A stretch of 64,000 nucleotides of DNA from Hemiscyllium ocellatum. Lineage: Eukaryota. Where the stretch lies: positions 70,671,857-70,735,856 of the forward strand of contig NC_083407.1 of the NCBI RefSeq assembly GCF_020745735.1, written 5' to 3'. The notes beneath the pieces were generated by a model. The model was not told where the DNA came from, searched no databases, and saw nothing but the letters and a program-made list of their open reading frames with translations. A program made the position numbers and the translations under genes. This document shows positions 48,107 to 62,000 of this stretch, piece by piece; position 1 is the first letter of the stretch, and each line of letters starts with the position of its first letter.

Positions 48107-49171
48107 CTACAAAAGAAACACCTTGGTTAGGACTTTCACTTTTAAATGAATTAGGCTTTCAGCCAGCACTTAGTGGTATATTGTCACAATTTATTTGAAA
48201 TGAAGTAGGAAAGGCAACAAAAAAAAGAGACACTAATACTCATTGCAGAATTTGTTGTGAAATTCATATAGTTCATCATTTAACAAATTCAAGACAATCT
48301 TATTTGATTTGGGTATCTTCGCACCATATTGTGTTACTTTATGATAACGGAAGCAACACATGAATTCAGAGTGAAATATTTTTCATCCAAAGATGAAGCA
48401 ATATATATGGAAAGGCAGAATTTGTTTTCTAGCAGAATTTATGAGTTAAATACATATTGGGATAAATTCAGGGAAGCCAGGCCACTATTGTGATCTTCCA
48501 GACAACAGTCAGGGCATTCACTGAGGTCAAAGCCCACAATTAACTGGAAATGACCTTTCGGCTGTCAGCCATTCTGTTGAGGAGTATCACCCTGATGGCC
48601 TGATAAGTGTAGCCCTGAGAAATTTTTAACATTTTACAATTTTGCAGAGAGCACTTCAGTTTTAGGGAGAACCCTGATAGTCTGCTCATCTTACCATTGC
48701 CCAACACTCCAGTGGAACCACTGGTGAATAATGCTGCACATCTTCCCATGGGCTTGTCATTTCACTGGACCGTTTGCCACATGCAGGTGAATTGGCTGCT
48801 TCTGGGAAGATCATGAGTGATAGCCCATCTATTGGGCTATCTGGGTTCTCAACCTGGATTGTCAGAATCACAATCCAAATGGGAAGATTCAACCCATTCT
48901 CTCTCACAAATGAAGAGAGACTTTTTTTGGTATCACACAACACAGCAATGGTTTTCTAAAATCTAAAAGATGATGGCCAAAACACTTAAATACCTTTTAA
49001 AGAAGTTATCAAACTACATAAAAATCAAGGCGTGTTGTTACTGCTGGAAGCAAGTGATAATTTGTGACATACGTAAAGTAAATATCGATGCCAGACCACA
49101 CGAACTGTCAGAACAATCAAGCTGAAAATGAATTGCTAAAGTGAAAGACAGTTTTACCATAAATGACTTAC

Positions 49172-49450
49172 CAGTCACAATCAGTTTAGCTGTGCTGCTT
49201 ACACTGCCACACTGGTTTGATGCTCTGCACGTATAGTCACCACAGTCAATTAGCTGGGGTTTCAGAAGTTTCAAGATGGAAGTATATTTCTCAGTCACAA
49301 TGCTGTACTTTTCACTGTCACGAAGTTCAGCTCTTGCTCGGAACCACTGGAACCTGACATCAGGAATGGGGTCAACCTCACATTCAAACTGGGTAGCCTG
49401 TCCAACTATAACCTCCAGTGTTTCGATCTTCCTCTTGAAAGATGGAGGCA
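49172..49450 (-). CDS. ttn: titin Ig exon equivalent to human exon 50
   Basis: 279 bp; VPPSFKRKIETLEVIVG..VRFQWFR..CGDYTCRASNQCGSVSSTAKLIVT; donor GTAAGT. Confidence 0.93.
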
Positions 49451-50420
49451 CTAAGATTTAAAATGTAAGAAAAAAACTGTGATAAGAGAGCAATAGTGAA
49501 CCATATTTCTTTAGCATAGGGTCTAGATGTGGCCCTCAGAAACTCAAGGATGGTGCAGGGAGGGTAACAGAAACTAACAATCCAAAGAGTGACTGTGGAG
49601 AAGAAATGATTGTTAACAGATGTTAGCTGACCAGTAGTTGTGCTCAACATAATAAATGATAAGAACTCAATGAGTGAAATTCACAATATATTGGCATGTG
49701 TGGTGTCCAGAAGCATGCAAATAATTGGTACAACTATGAAATGTTTTTTTCCCTAGAAAAAAAGTAGATGGTAAAAAAGTGATATTAAGGTTTAGGAAGA
49801 AATGCAATGTTCAGTTGACTTTTCGTTATGACGAAAGTGGTGACAATGATAAAAATTCAGCAACTCTTCAAATGTGGATATGGGGATGAAAACAATATAC
49901 GCCAGTTAGTAGAAAGTTAAAATATCATGGCTGATGCAAATTAATAGCTAATGTTAAAGTGCAGACGGTAATAAAGAATAATATATTCACAGTAAGCTTT
50001 AAACATAGCACTAAGCTTCCAAAGTTACTCATTGTCAGCAGTGAAAGCATGAGAAGATTGCATCAAGTTGGAATGGAATTTTCACTTAAATTAATACAAA
50101 ATCAGCTGAATTTTTTTCTAAAGTAATGATGCTAATTTTTAACATTTTTTTGTTAAATATTCATGGAATAAACTGATATGATCTTTTCAGGCTTTGACTG
50201 CACAGTAGATAGAGGACGTTAATCAACCATTCTTTTACTTTGAAAGTAAGTAAGGAAGGAAAGAAGGAAGACAGAAAGGAAGGGAAGGGGCAAAAGGAAG
50301 TATTTAGTCATGTTAATTTATTAGAGTAAACTAATTTGGGTTTTGAGAAATTACTATGAAGTTAGTTTATATTAGCTTTTGAAGTTCGTATTAACAAAGA
50401 TTTTATCCCCATAATCCAAC

Positions 50421-53400
50421 CTCTGATCATAACTGTGAGTTTTGCAGAAGTAGTTGCTTTTCCAGCTTCATTCAGTGCCTCACAGACATATTCTCCTTGA
50501 TGTTCCTCTTTCTGTACTTTGTTGATTATAAGTGAGTAAGTGTCACGTTCTTGCAAACATTTGAACTCATTTTTTGATGTAATTCGTTTCCCATTGATAT
50601 ACCAATTGACATTGCTAACTTTAGTTATGACTGTGCTCAATTTAACTTCACTATCTTCATCTACAGTGATGTCTGTAAGACCTTCAACAATTATTGGTTT
50701 GTCTTTGGGGGGTATTATTGATGTTTCACCTGGCTTTCTTGGTTTAGAACTATGAATAATTCTAATTTCTTCCATTTCCTTCTCTTTTTTGAGAATTTCT
50801 GTTGGCTGTTCCACTAGAACAGATGCTGAAGGAGCATCTGTAGTAATTATTGTACCACCAACATCTCTTATGTGAGTCACTACTGTCACTTCTTCAACAG
50901 TTTCCACAGATTTAAAATCCTGAATAAAACCCTCTGATTCAGTGGTTGCCTTCTTTGAGGTGCTTTCAGAAATGGTGACAGCCTCAAGTGAGATAATCTC
51001 TTTGGCAGGAGTAATGCTGATGTGCAATTTTTCTAAATGGATTGTATCCAGTCGCTCAGCTAGAAAAGCATGCTGTTGTTCATGAGTAATAGCATGGAAA
51101 GCAGCTGCCAATTCTTTTCTTAAATCAGCTTTCTGAGGATATTCTCCTTCAAATGACAGAATTAGGTCGATTGGAGGATTGACATTAGTAATTTGGTATG
51201 TATATAAAATGCATTTGGGTTCTTTTTGAACTTTTAATTCCTTAATCTCCATCTCTTCGATGCTACCCCTTGAAAGAGATGAAAGAACACATTGCTCACT
51301 TGCCAAAGCAGATTGCAATGCTTTTCTAATCTGTATACCAACATCTAAGGTCACTGCTTGGGGAGCTTCAACATAAAGAGCTTTTTCTTTTTGGAGTACC
51401 TCACTTCCTTGTATTACATGAGTGAGTAGTTTCTCTTTTGGCTGTTTTTCTACCTTTAGAACTTCCTGCTCCGATCTTGTGATTGCTGAAGAATGTTCTT
51501 CTTCAATTAGGTGTTTTTCTTGAAGTAACAATGGAAATCTTACTGACTGTCCATGTTGGATTCTTGCTGCAAAATCCTTTTCTGCAGCCTCTAACATTCT
51601 GGTGCTTTCAATAGCTATTGCCTTTTCTTTAACCTGAACAGAAATTGAAGGGAGTTTTGATTCATATTTATCTTCACAGCTTGCTGTACGTGAGCCTTCA
51701 AACAGGGCAAGAGAACCATCTTGCACCACCTTGTTCTCGGTTATAGTGCTGAACTGTTTGACTGTGTCATCCAATTTATTTATGACTGCATGCTGTTCTT
51801 CATCTTCAATGGTAAGCATTTTCTCCTTTGCTATGTGCATTGGTACAGTTACAGATGGAAGAAACTCTTGTGGCAGAAGCTCAGTTTTGGCTTCAGCCTT
51901 TGAATTTTTAATTTCCATTTTAAGCGTTTTAGTTTGTTCAGCTGACAATTCTGGTATCTCTTCAAAAACAGCGGCATAGCTATATGCTTTCTCAAGTTTG
52001 TGTCCTGCAATATGAGTAGCTGGCTTCTCATAAGGTAGAATACCTTCCTTGTGAAGAATGCATTCAGTCATCACAGAATGAGGACATAAAATAGGCACAT
52101 ATTCTTTCGTAGGTTTAATTATTGTGGCATCTTTTGCCTCAGTTAATGGAGTTGTATGGTCTTGTGGAATAAGATGGTGCTCTTCCGATAGTAAGGAATG
52201 TAGCAATGTTGGGCTTCTTCTCGTGTCAGCTTTTTCTTCTGTAGGTACCTCAAAAGTAAAAGTTGTTTCTTTGGGCAGAGTGTCTTGACTTTGCACAATC
52301 TGTAAATGCAAAGGTTTCTTTTCTTCTTTTTTTGACGTTATTGAGATGGCACTATCTAAACCAATTATTATTTCAGCATGTTCACCCATGAGCTGTTGCT
52401 TTTCTTCGGCAGTTAAAGCAGTTCTAACAAGCTTATCTTTCATCAACGAAGCTTGCAATATATCACCTTTGTGCACTTCAAACAGAGATTCCTTTGGTAA
52501 TGATTTCTGGCTTTCAGTAACAGATGTCAAGAGTGCTTTTGGCAATTCTTTTGACAACTTTGCCTCTCTTGATGCATCTAATGTCTGTATGTCTTTTGTC
52601 ATTTCATGTCTTACTGCTTTCTTCTCTGTTGCTATGACTGCGTGAACCTCCATTTTTCTTTCTTTTAGTATTTCACATTTCTGTAACTCGGGAGTTTCAA
52701 AAGTGAACAAAGCTTCTTTGGGTGGTTCTCGCTGTCCCTCAATCTTGTAACTGTGTATAGAGTACGCCGGCTCTGTTTTTGTTATTCCTTTTTCTACAAT
52801 GTTAAGGGTTGAAGTCCTGAAGCTAGGAATTTGATGCTTTTCCTCAGATAAGATGCTTGTGTCTTTTGTTTTTGTTTTAGCTGTTACACTAGGTGAATCT
52901 CTGATACGTAAGTTACTTTCCTTTGGAATGACAGTTTGCTCCTCAACTGTGGGCAAGCGAAGGGTAGTGTCTAACTGTACTTCAGTGCTTGATAATTCAA
53001 GTATTGGTGGACTTTTAATAGGTTCATAATGCTGCTCCATATAGCCTAGACTCTCTTGAGTAGTTTGTGAATGCATTACTACCTGCCTCTTTCCAGCAAT
53101 TGTTGCTTCAGCAGCAGAGAATGTCACCTCACGCAACATGCCTGTCTGTTCACTGTGAACAGAATGTTTATCTTCAGAAGCTATCGTATAGACCAGTTGA
53201 TCTCTGTCTTGTAACTCAGCCCAAGCATCACCAGGCAATGTTACCGTGAACAAACGTGACTCTGTGGCATGGTCACTTACAGACTTTTTATATGTCTGAG
53301 TATTGTGCTTTTGAACAACTTCCTGTTTTGTATCTTCAACGGTAGCAAACGTACCATTGAACACAATTAACTCTGCAGTGCAAATTGCTTCACCAAATTG

Positions 53401-54179
53401 ATTAAATGCTTTGCAGGAATACAAACCACTGTCATCTTTCTGTGCTTTATTAATAGTCAATGAGCCAGAGCCATCAGGGTTAGAACTAAGGCAGCAATGC
53501 AAACTCTGATGAATTTGGTTGTTTTCTTTGTACCAAAGTATTTCTGGCATTGGTTCGCCAATCACTACATACTCAAATGTGGCAGGCAGGCCTTCTGAGC
53601 ACTGCAAAGATTTAAGTTCCTGGAAAAAATGTGGTGGTTGACCCCTAGGTGGATGTATGATTCCTGCTGGCATCATTGGCATTTTCTTATCTGCTAATTT
53701 TGCAATTGGGGGTTTTGCAGAGGATTTCCTGAACCCTTCCTTTGGTTTGATCTTCAGGTATGCACTACATGAAGTCTCTCCAAGTGCATTAGTAGCACAG
53801 CAGGTATATTGTCCCTCATCTGTAAATTTTGCATAAGGTATGATTAGACTATATTCATCCCTATCATAAACAAACTTGTAGTTTGATGAAGGAGTCAATT
53901 TTTTACTGTTATAAAACCACTGAATAGAGGGTTTTGGTAATCTGGTGACAGTAACTGAGAATTTAGCTACATCTTCCACAACTACCTCTATACTAGAAAT
54001 GCGCTTAACAAATACTGGCACTGTTTGTAGAGGCTTAGCATCAGTGGTAATGTCCAAACCGCTAGAAAGGGCTGCAGTTTCAGGCTTGAGTTCAAATGTT
54101 TTGTCTGACACATGAAGTTCACTGCTGTAGGAATCTTCCCTTTCATCTTCAGCAGCGATGGTAACAGAGCTAGAAAATT
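50421..54179 (-). CDS. ttn: titin N2B exon (two Ig, N2B unique sequence, one Ig), 1253 codons
   Basis: Acceptor tttatacag|AA at 54180, donor AG|GTTGGA at 50420; 3759 bp, phase 1/1; peptides match recalled human exon 49 (PPHFFQELKSLQCSEGLPATFEY, LHLQIVQSQ, RFPLLLQEK, IQIRKALQSALASEQ). Confidence 0.95.
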
Positions 54180-57100
54180 CTGTATAAAAAATAAGATGCT
54201 TAACTTTAGAAAGCATGTTGATTGTGAGTAATACTGGAAACTGGAAGAAAATTACAAATATTAATGGTAGATGTTTGCATAACAAACTCAAGTTGCTTCA
54301 AAATAATACAAATACAGTTTCTATAGTAGTCTGGGATGCTGTGTAGAAAGTCAGAAAAGGTGGATGAATGTTTTTCGACCACTTTGAATATCTCATTACA
54401 TGAAGAAAAACTTGCTGTCATGATTCAAATTAAAATTGAACTATTTAAGTTAAACTTTATTGAGATTTGTTGATCCTAAATGTGTGACTTCTGAAAAAAA
54501 ATCATTTATAGATAATTTTAATGTCAAATCTATATTCTCCATTTCCTAATCAAGGTGAGTAATAAGGAGCTCTGTAGTTTGTTGTATGCTGGTGGTGGAG
54601 ATACATCCTGCCATGACAACATTCCAGGATAGTCATTGACACTATTTATTACTGCACAAAAATGCATTGCATGTTACAAATTTTCTAAAGGCCCAAATAA
54701 TTTCTAATATAAACTTTATTCCATCACTGAAATACATACTTTTCAATCACAAAAATTGTCTTTGTATCATAACCAAGCTAAAAGAAAAATGTATTCCTAC
54801 CTTTACTTTATTAATAACTCTAACAAAATAATAAGTTTCGTAGTCTGCTAAGTTTTTAAGCTGAAAAATAACCCAGGTATCATTTGTAAACCTTGTTAAT
54901 CTTCTGGTAACCCAATGTTGTCAAACCAGGAGACAACCTTGTTTAAAAGCAAGCCAGGACTCGTCCAATGGTTTGGACGTTAGATGTAGCACCCATTCCA
55001 CTCAGAACCTGATTCCTGCAAATCTCCTCTTAGTAGCAATAAAATCCTGATATTGGCTTTAACATCTTCTGACCATCGCAAAAGAAAATCAGGAGTTCCT
55101 GTTCGTGATTGGTGTCCAGCAATCCATATGGAACATAAGGCTGAATTTTACAGTTGCCTTTGAGACCCCAAATTCAGGGTGAGACCCACTCGCAAAGGTG
55201 GGACTGGTTCAGTGATTTTTACTGATGGAAATCAATTAATTGACTGTACTTGAAAGTCCATTATCCAATTATGAATAATGGGTGAAAGTTTCCTGATGCT
55301 ACCAGACTGCTGGATTGGCAGTCCTGAGGTCCTAGCAATAACTGAGAGAGGCCACAGCTGCTGAGGGACAATGAGACCCTGCAAGGAAAATCTAAAATTC
55401 AGGATGGCCAAGGGAGATAGGCCACATCAACGAAAGAGAAAACTCCTCAATGGATCATTAGGGGTGTGGAAGTTGTCTTTCAAAGCTTTCTCGGACATTG
55501 ACCCTCTGGCTGTGATACATCAGCATCACCACAATGTTAATTTAGTACAGCTGGTGGACCAATAAAGGAGGCAAAATACATGCTGACAGATCCATAAATT
55601 GGGTCCATAAATTGGGTTCTTACTTGAACCCTCAAATTATGTCACTGACTATCTTCCTCCATGGAGTAGATAGTAACCCACACTGCAGCCCACCAAAGGA
55701 AAACTTTCCTATCTGCAAAACAATCAGAGAAAATCACACTAACACAGTTCCCTCCTAATTAACCAGTTAACCTCACCCACTTTCTCATCCCTTGTCATCA
55801 CTCAGGGTCTTGTAAATTCAGCCTAGCTTTTGTGGACATCACTTAAGTGCAGAATAACATTCATCATGTTGATTCTACATTCAAATGATTTACCAATGTT
55901 CACAGACCACTGTGAAATGGCCCACATCTCTGCATTAGCTCCAGTTTTTAAGGGACCAGAGATAAGTGGAAGAAAACATGCATTATGTATCAATTGCATT
56001 ATCACTTGAAAATAACACCAGAGGTACTATCATTCACTACTCTATGCAGCATCAGAACATGGTATATTCACAATATACAGCAACAGAAACCTGTACAAGG
56101 AATGAATGATGCCTGTGTTAAGCAACTTCTCAGAAAAAATGGAAGTCTTGCATTTTTTCAAACATCATGTCTTAAATCATGTCAAATGGGGCAGGTAAAT
56201 CATGGAAGACAACTTGTGCTTTCATACAACCAGATGGTTGTACTTATCAGAACATAACTGACAAACATAGTGACCAAAGTATTAATTTATGCTTATAGCA
56301 CAAACAATATAACTTTGAAAAAAGAATTGGCATTTATAGCATTCAACCCATTAAAGCCTATTATTCATTACCAAATAATTTACACATGTTGGACAAATAT
56401 TAAACATTGATTTCAATGGAAAATATACATTTTAAATGTATAATTAACAAATTAGAAAATAAATATCAAAATGATAGTGACAATCAAAGAAATGATCCAC
56501 ATATAATATGATTATTTGCAAACTCACCACAGAACTCAATTTCATTTGTAGCTTTACAATAACTCTGAAATCATCCATATTATGTCATTGAGGTAATTTT
56601 TGGACACAATGAATGTAAGTGTTTACTGCTTTATTGTCATAATTATGGAAACTGCTCAAAAGATTTAATTGACAGATTGGATAATCTTTCTCAGCACACA
56701 TTAAGATCTCTTGTGGCACACAGCTTACTTCATCCAAAAATAACTGTGGTAACACACATCAGTATGTTCTGCCTGGCTGTCAAATATACTCTTAATTCTG
56801 GAACTGATCAATCTCTCAAGCCCTTCTGGCCTCCAAGCAATGCCATTAAAATTAACAGTAGAATAACAAACAACACTAAACTGGCCAAATTTTGAATGCC
56901 TAGCTGTGTAGTGATGTAGCACATAGGTGCTCCAATGTCACAGCTGGTATGATGTGGTTTCTATATGGGAATTCCCAATACAGGTTTTTGTTTTTAAGCA
57001 CTGTCAAAAAGATAACACAAGGTGATTTAGGAATGCCAAGGACATTCTTACTTACAAGATAGGACATTTATGAAAAGAGTTTAATGAGATTTGTGTACTT

Positions 57101-58678
57101 TCTAGTTAAAAAGCTCTGGGGCCAGATATTTCTCCTCTACATTTGCTGGAAAATAGTAAATACAAGAGGGATCTAAAAATAAATAGGCAAAGAATGAATA
57201 AAACACGTATTATAAATGAAGTCAACTTACAAAAAAAAACTTCTGAATTACAATGATCAGAACTATCATGTCATGTCTACTGCAATAGTTTTTGTCCTGA
57301 TATATCCATTCAAGAACTATGACTCATAATCGTGAAAATATCCATCCTAGTCCTTCATATGACAATTGGCCTCACTTTCAACTCCCTTAATCACAATCCC
57401 TCAGCCTGGCCTTCCTTCCAAAGTATTAAGCAGTTTCCAAAGATGACAACTTCACAAAGCTCAAAATTATCAGGCACTATTTTGATAACAGTAAAATATT
57501 AGACAAGAAATTGATGTTTGCGATGTTAGCAAATAATTGTTTAAAGTATTTATCTGACTTTGCTCAGTGGATTTTAATTATGGTGTTGCAGCATTAAACA
57601 ATTGAGATTAGTGATCCTAATAAAAAAAGTGGTCAGGGGAATACCATATGAGCATGTTTAGTGAATTTACTCTAGGATCACTCACATGAATTTCTAGCCT
57701 AAATTAAAATACTTTCTAAATTACACTTTTGTCCAAATCTGTAATGATACCAAGAGGAAACAAACAGGCAAAAGACAACTCTAAGTATTGCAGCTATTTT
57801 GTTTTGTAACTCAACAACTTGAGTTATTTATGTAAGCTTGGCTTGAGTGTCAATTAGTCAAATGGACTTTGCGTCAAACAGGACTCTGGAATATGCTGGG
57901 AACTATTGTCAAACTATACATTTACTTCTGTAAATTAAAAAGTAAAATCTGGGAAACATTTTTTGACCCTGAATTTCCTCTTAGTTAAATTTTCCAGCCA
58001 ACATGCACTAAGAAATAATTGCACAGTGGAGAATTATAGTATTCATAGGGTTAACCATAAATCAATTTTTGTATATCAGTTCACATCTTCAATTAGGTTA
58101 AATGTTAACAAGATATATGTGTACCAAATATAATGAATATTCTCCTTAAAGCATTTCAACATCTTGATCTATCTTTCAAATGAAAAACCTGCATGCATTA
58201 TGAAGTAAATATCTCCAAAAAGCATATCGCCAGTACCTATCCGTGAAGAATCTATGTTTGAATGCAAACCTCTGATGAGATTAGTACCTGGGCCTCTGCA
58301 TGTAGTTAATTGTGGAACTCAATTGAGTTGTCAGACACAGCTTCATGCAGAAGCAAGGTATTGGGGTAAAATAAAGGAATTCAGAATGACAGAATTTTCC
58401 TGTATCACTACAGCAATTTTAGAAAGCAGATAATACAATTACCTGGAGAAAGTCATAATTAAAAGGTGACATACTTGAAAAAAAATGGCAAAATATTAAT
58501 TACAAGTAGTTCGAGGATCTTGATGAAGTTTACGTCAAAGTTACTGTGCTAATTCAACAGGACTGGTGTTTCGTGTAATCATATGCATACATAGGACATT
58601 ATGTTTTTCAGTATAAATATGCCTTTCAAATCAGTCATGGTTAACCTGCTTGATATAAAACCCCTCAAAATATCAATA

Positions 58679-58925
58679 TTTATTATTATCCTATGTTTGA
58701 CGTGGCCAGGCCATTTAAAATTCCTACTCCAAAACAATCACTATTTTTGCAATAGTTGCTTTTCAGCTAATATCTTAATCATTACAAAATCAAAGCTCCA
58801 CTGCTGAGAAACCACTGCAGGGTAAAATTGCTTTAAATCAACACACACTCACTATATACGAACCATCTTTTCAGCAACATCAAATAAGAAGATATAAATG
58901 TTCTGTGTGGTAAGACCAATTTAAT
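58679..58925 (-). terminator. candidate polyadenylation signals of the novex-3 isoform (ATTAAA 58920-58925; AATAAA 58679-58684)
   Basis: Hexamers 105 and ~345 nt downstream of the novex-3 stop; the region is AT-rich, so chance matches are possible. Confidence 0.3.
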
Positions 58926-59029
58926 TTTCATGTTTGAAATGAGCAAATTCATAAACGAACCATAAATCTAAAACAAAAATCAGTTCTTATTATTCAAACT
59001 ATGTCACAAGACATTTGATAAGTACTATT

Positions 59030-62000
59030 TTACAGATGAAGTACTTTTAAAACTGCTTCTGAAACTGCTTCCCCAGCTTTGTTAACAGCTTTGCACTTAT
59101 ATACTCCAGCATCACTTTCTGTAATATTTGCAATGTTCAAATAATGATGGCCACAGTCTTTTTCCTCAATGATGTGTTTGTCACCTTCAAGTATTTGGTC
59201 ATTCATATACCACATTATATTGGGTTTCGGAGTACCAGTCACAAAACACTGAAAAGATGCCATACTTCCAATACTGGTGATACAGTCAAGGAGGGATACT
59301 ACAAATCTTGGGGGAGTTTCTGTCACTTGAAATTCAAATGAACAGTTCTCAGATGCCTCTCCCTTAAACTGAATAGTCTCATCCTTGGCAGGCTCAGCAA
59401 ATACATCAAAACTAATGTTCACACATTTCTCTCCTTTTTCTTCTTTTCCATTCTCTGTCACTGCTATGAGCTTCACCGATTTCTGAGAATCATCTTTACT
59501 TTGTTCAATATCAAACTCAACTTCAATTTCAGAATCCTGGTTGCTCTGCAGTAAAGAATTACCAATATTAACATCTAATTCCTGGAGACTTTCCTGAGCA
59601 CTAGCTAATGACACAGCAGCAACAGCTCTACCACCTGCTTTTGTAAGTGCCATACATGAATTTGTTACTGTAAGATAGCCTCTACATGTTGTTTCTCCAA
59701 CACTATTCACTGCTTTGCAAGTGTATGTGCCACTATCAGAAGGACGAACATTGGTTATTTTAAGACTATGATGAGTGGTATCTGTTCTAATATATTTTTT
59801 GCCATCAAATATTATAAGTGAATCATTTTTGAACCACATTACCTCAGGCTTGGGGATACCTGTCACTGAGCATTCAAAGACTGCATCAGTGTTTTCTGGA
59901 ATCTCAAAATCAAATATATGGCTGACAAATCGTGGGGGCATTTCTGTGACTTCAAAGTCAATTTTCACGTCTTCATTATCTTTTGTTAAAAAGTCAACAT
60001 TATGTTCATCAGACATCATCAAAGGGAGGACATCCAGGGAGACAATCATATTTTTGTTGTCAGGAGTGAATTCAGGAATTGTAATAATTTTTATCTGTTT
60101 TTCAAATTCCTTCACTTCATGTTCATCAAGTTCGACTTCCAGAAGAATTTCTTGAGGTGAAGGAGACCTTGATGTCTGGCCTTGCTGCACATCAAACTCT
60201 ATAACGTGTTGATGAGTCACTGGGGGTGGCAATGCAATTGACCTTCCATCCTGTGGTAAAACATCTACCTGAGTAACACTTTTGGCTTCCCCTATGATGT
60301 TTACAGCACTGCAAATGTATTCTCCTTCATCCTCTCTCTGAATACTATTAATTACCAATATACACAAACCTCCCTCTCTTTCAAGTCTAGTTCTATGGTT
60401 TGGTTCTAATAATGACTTTTTTCTATACCACTTAACATTTGGAGTTGGGCAACCAATTACCTCAATGATAAATGTGAGTGTTCCTCCTTCATGAATACTC
60501 TTTCTGACAAGAGGTTTGATAAATGCAGGTGGCGTTTCATTTCCTTTTGCCTCAGTTTGTTGTGGAGGTGTGGAAAATAACTCGGATCTTTGCTCTTCAG
60601 TAGCAAGACTTACACATTCAAGAGGAGTTGTTTCAATACCCTCATCTATTGGAGTTCTGAAAAATTCTGGTGGTGTATAAAACCTCTCAAGGAAAGCACC
60701 AGAAGATCGACCCACATTAAGTGAAGGCAACATTTCTGGAGGAGTGGCATAGCCAGGAGACTGCGGTGGGGTGTGGAATGATTCTGCGGATACAGCAGAT
60801 CGATAGTTTTCAAATGCCAAGGGTGGTGTATAAAATCTTTCATTCTCTGAAATGTCATCACTAATTGTACTGCTAATTTCAATTGACATTTCAGATTCCG
60901 GAGAAAGGGACCGTGTCCACTCTTCATTTTGATTATAGTAGTCATAAACAGCAGCAAATGTTACTTCCTCAACCTCCATAGAAGTTATTCCAGATTCATC
61001 GTAGCCAAATGCCTCATTATTTGCCTCTTCGTGAGTCACTGCTTCTTCCTGTCTTGCAGAAATGAGATATTGTGCAACTGAAATCCCCTCATTTTCACCT
61101 CTCTCATCTTTCTTAGAGATTGTTTCCACTGAATCTATGTTAACATCATAGTCAATTTTAGGAGACGCTAAGTTATCACTTAACTCCATCTCTGACACAT
61201 TTTCTGTTGTTTCTACACTATTAGTTTTAATAACTTGCTTAATTACACTATCTGGAAATATGCTATCCTCATACATTTCACCTTCAGAGGCACATTTGTC
61301 CCGGTTTGGTACTATTTCCTCTCCCGTTTTCCAATCTTTAGATAACTTCTTGTTGGTATTGAGAGACCGTAAGTATTCACTGATAGAATATGTTTCTTCT
61401 CCTGTTTTATCTGGCATTTTTTGATCCATCAATTCTAAGTCTGTGGCAATGTTATTACTAGCCTTCACTGAAGATGAGCATTTGCTTGAACATTCACCAA
61501 AAGACATTGCTGAACCTATGACATTTTTATCGCTCTCCTCCCTTAAAGATGAAACTTCATCAGAAAGGGAAGTCCAAGAGCTCAGAACTGCTTTATTGTC
61601 CTTTTCCCTTAAAGTTGAAATTTCATTTGTAAATTCATCGCCAGTGGAAGTTACAGAACCTTCAGTTTCAGGAATAAAATTAAGTGGCTGTTCCTTAATA
61701 CTAAATAAAGGAGAAGTATCTCTATGCCCTTCCTGCACTGTTAATTGTTCTTGCTGTTCAATGTCTTCAATCTGTCCTATTTTACTTAGATTAAGCAGAA
61801 AACGGCTAACTGATGAGTCTGCTTCCTCATCAGATGACTCAGTATCCTTCAGATGGCAAATAAAACTATGCACTACAGGCTGAACAGTAAGACTCGATAT
61901 GCTCTGTACTTCTCCCGATTTATTTTTAGCAACACACTTATAACTCCCCATATCAGATGCTAAAACATTTTCAATATATAATCTATATATGCCACTATTC

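Noticed and set aside
48500-48960. GC-richer intronic segment with small hairpin gatagcccatctattgggctatc
   Set aside because: Probably an old repeat fragment; I could not assign a family, termini or RNA-gene motifs
50362-54291. ORF-track start (MSLLCKHL...) and end for the 1309-aa ORF
   Set aside because: The first ~37 aa and last ~19 aa are intronic; the true exon is 50421-54179 by splice signals and phase
55590-55620. 13-bp tandem duplication tccataaattggg x2
   Set aside because: Isolated slippage-type duplication inside degraded repeat-like DNA with no functional indication
57174-57183. MEF2-like site CTAAAAATAA in the novex-3/N2B intron
   Set aside because: Single match in very AT-rich DNA, expected by chance, with no clustering evidence
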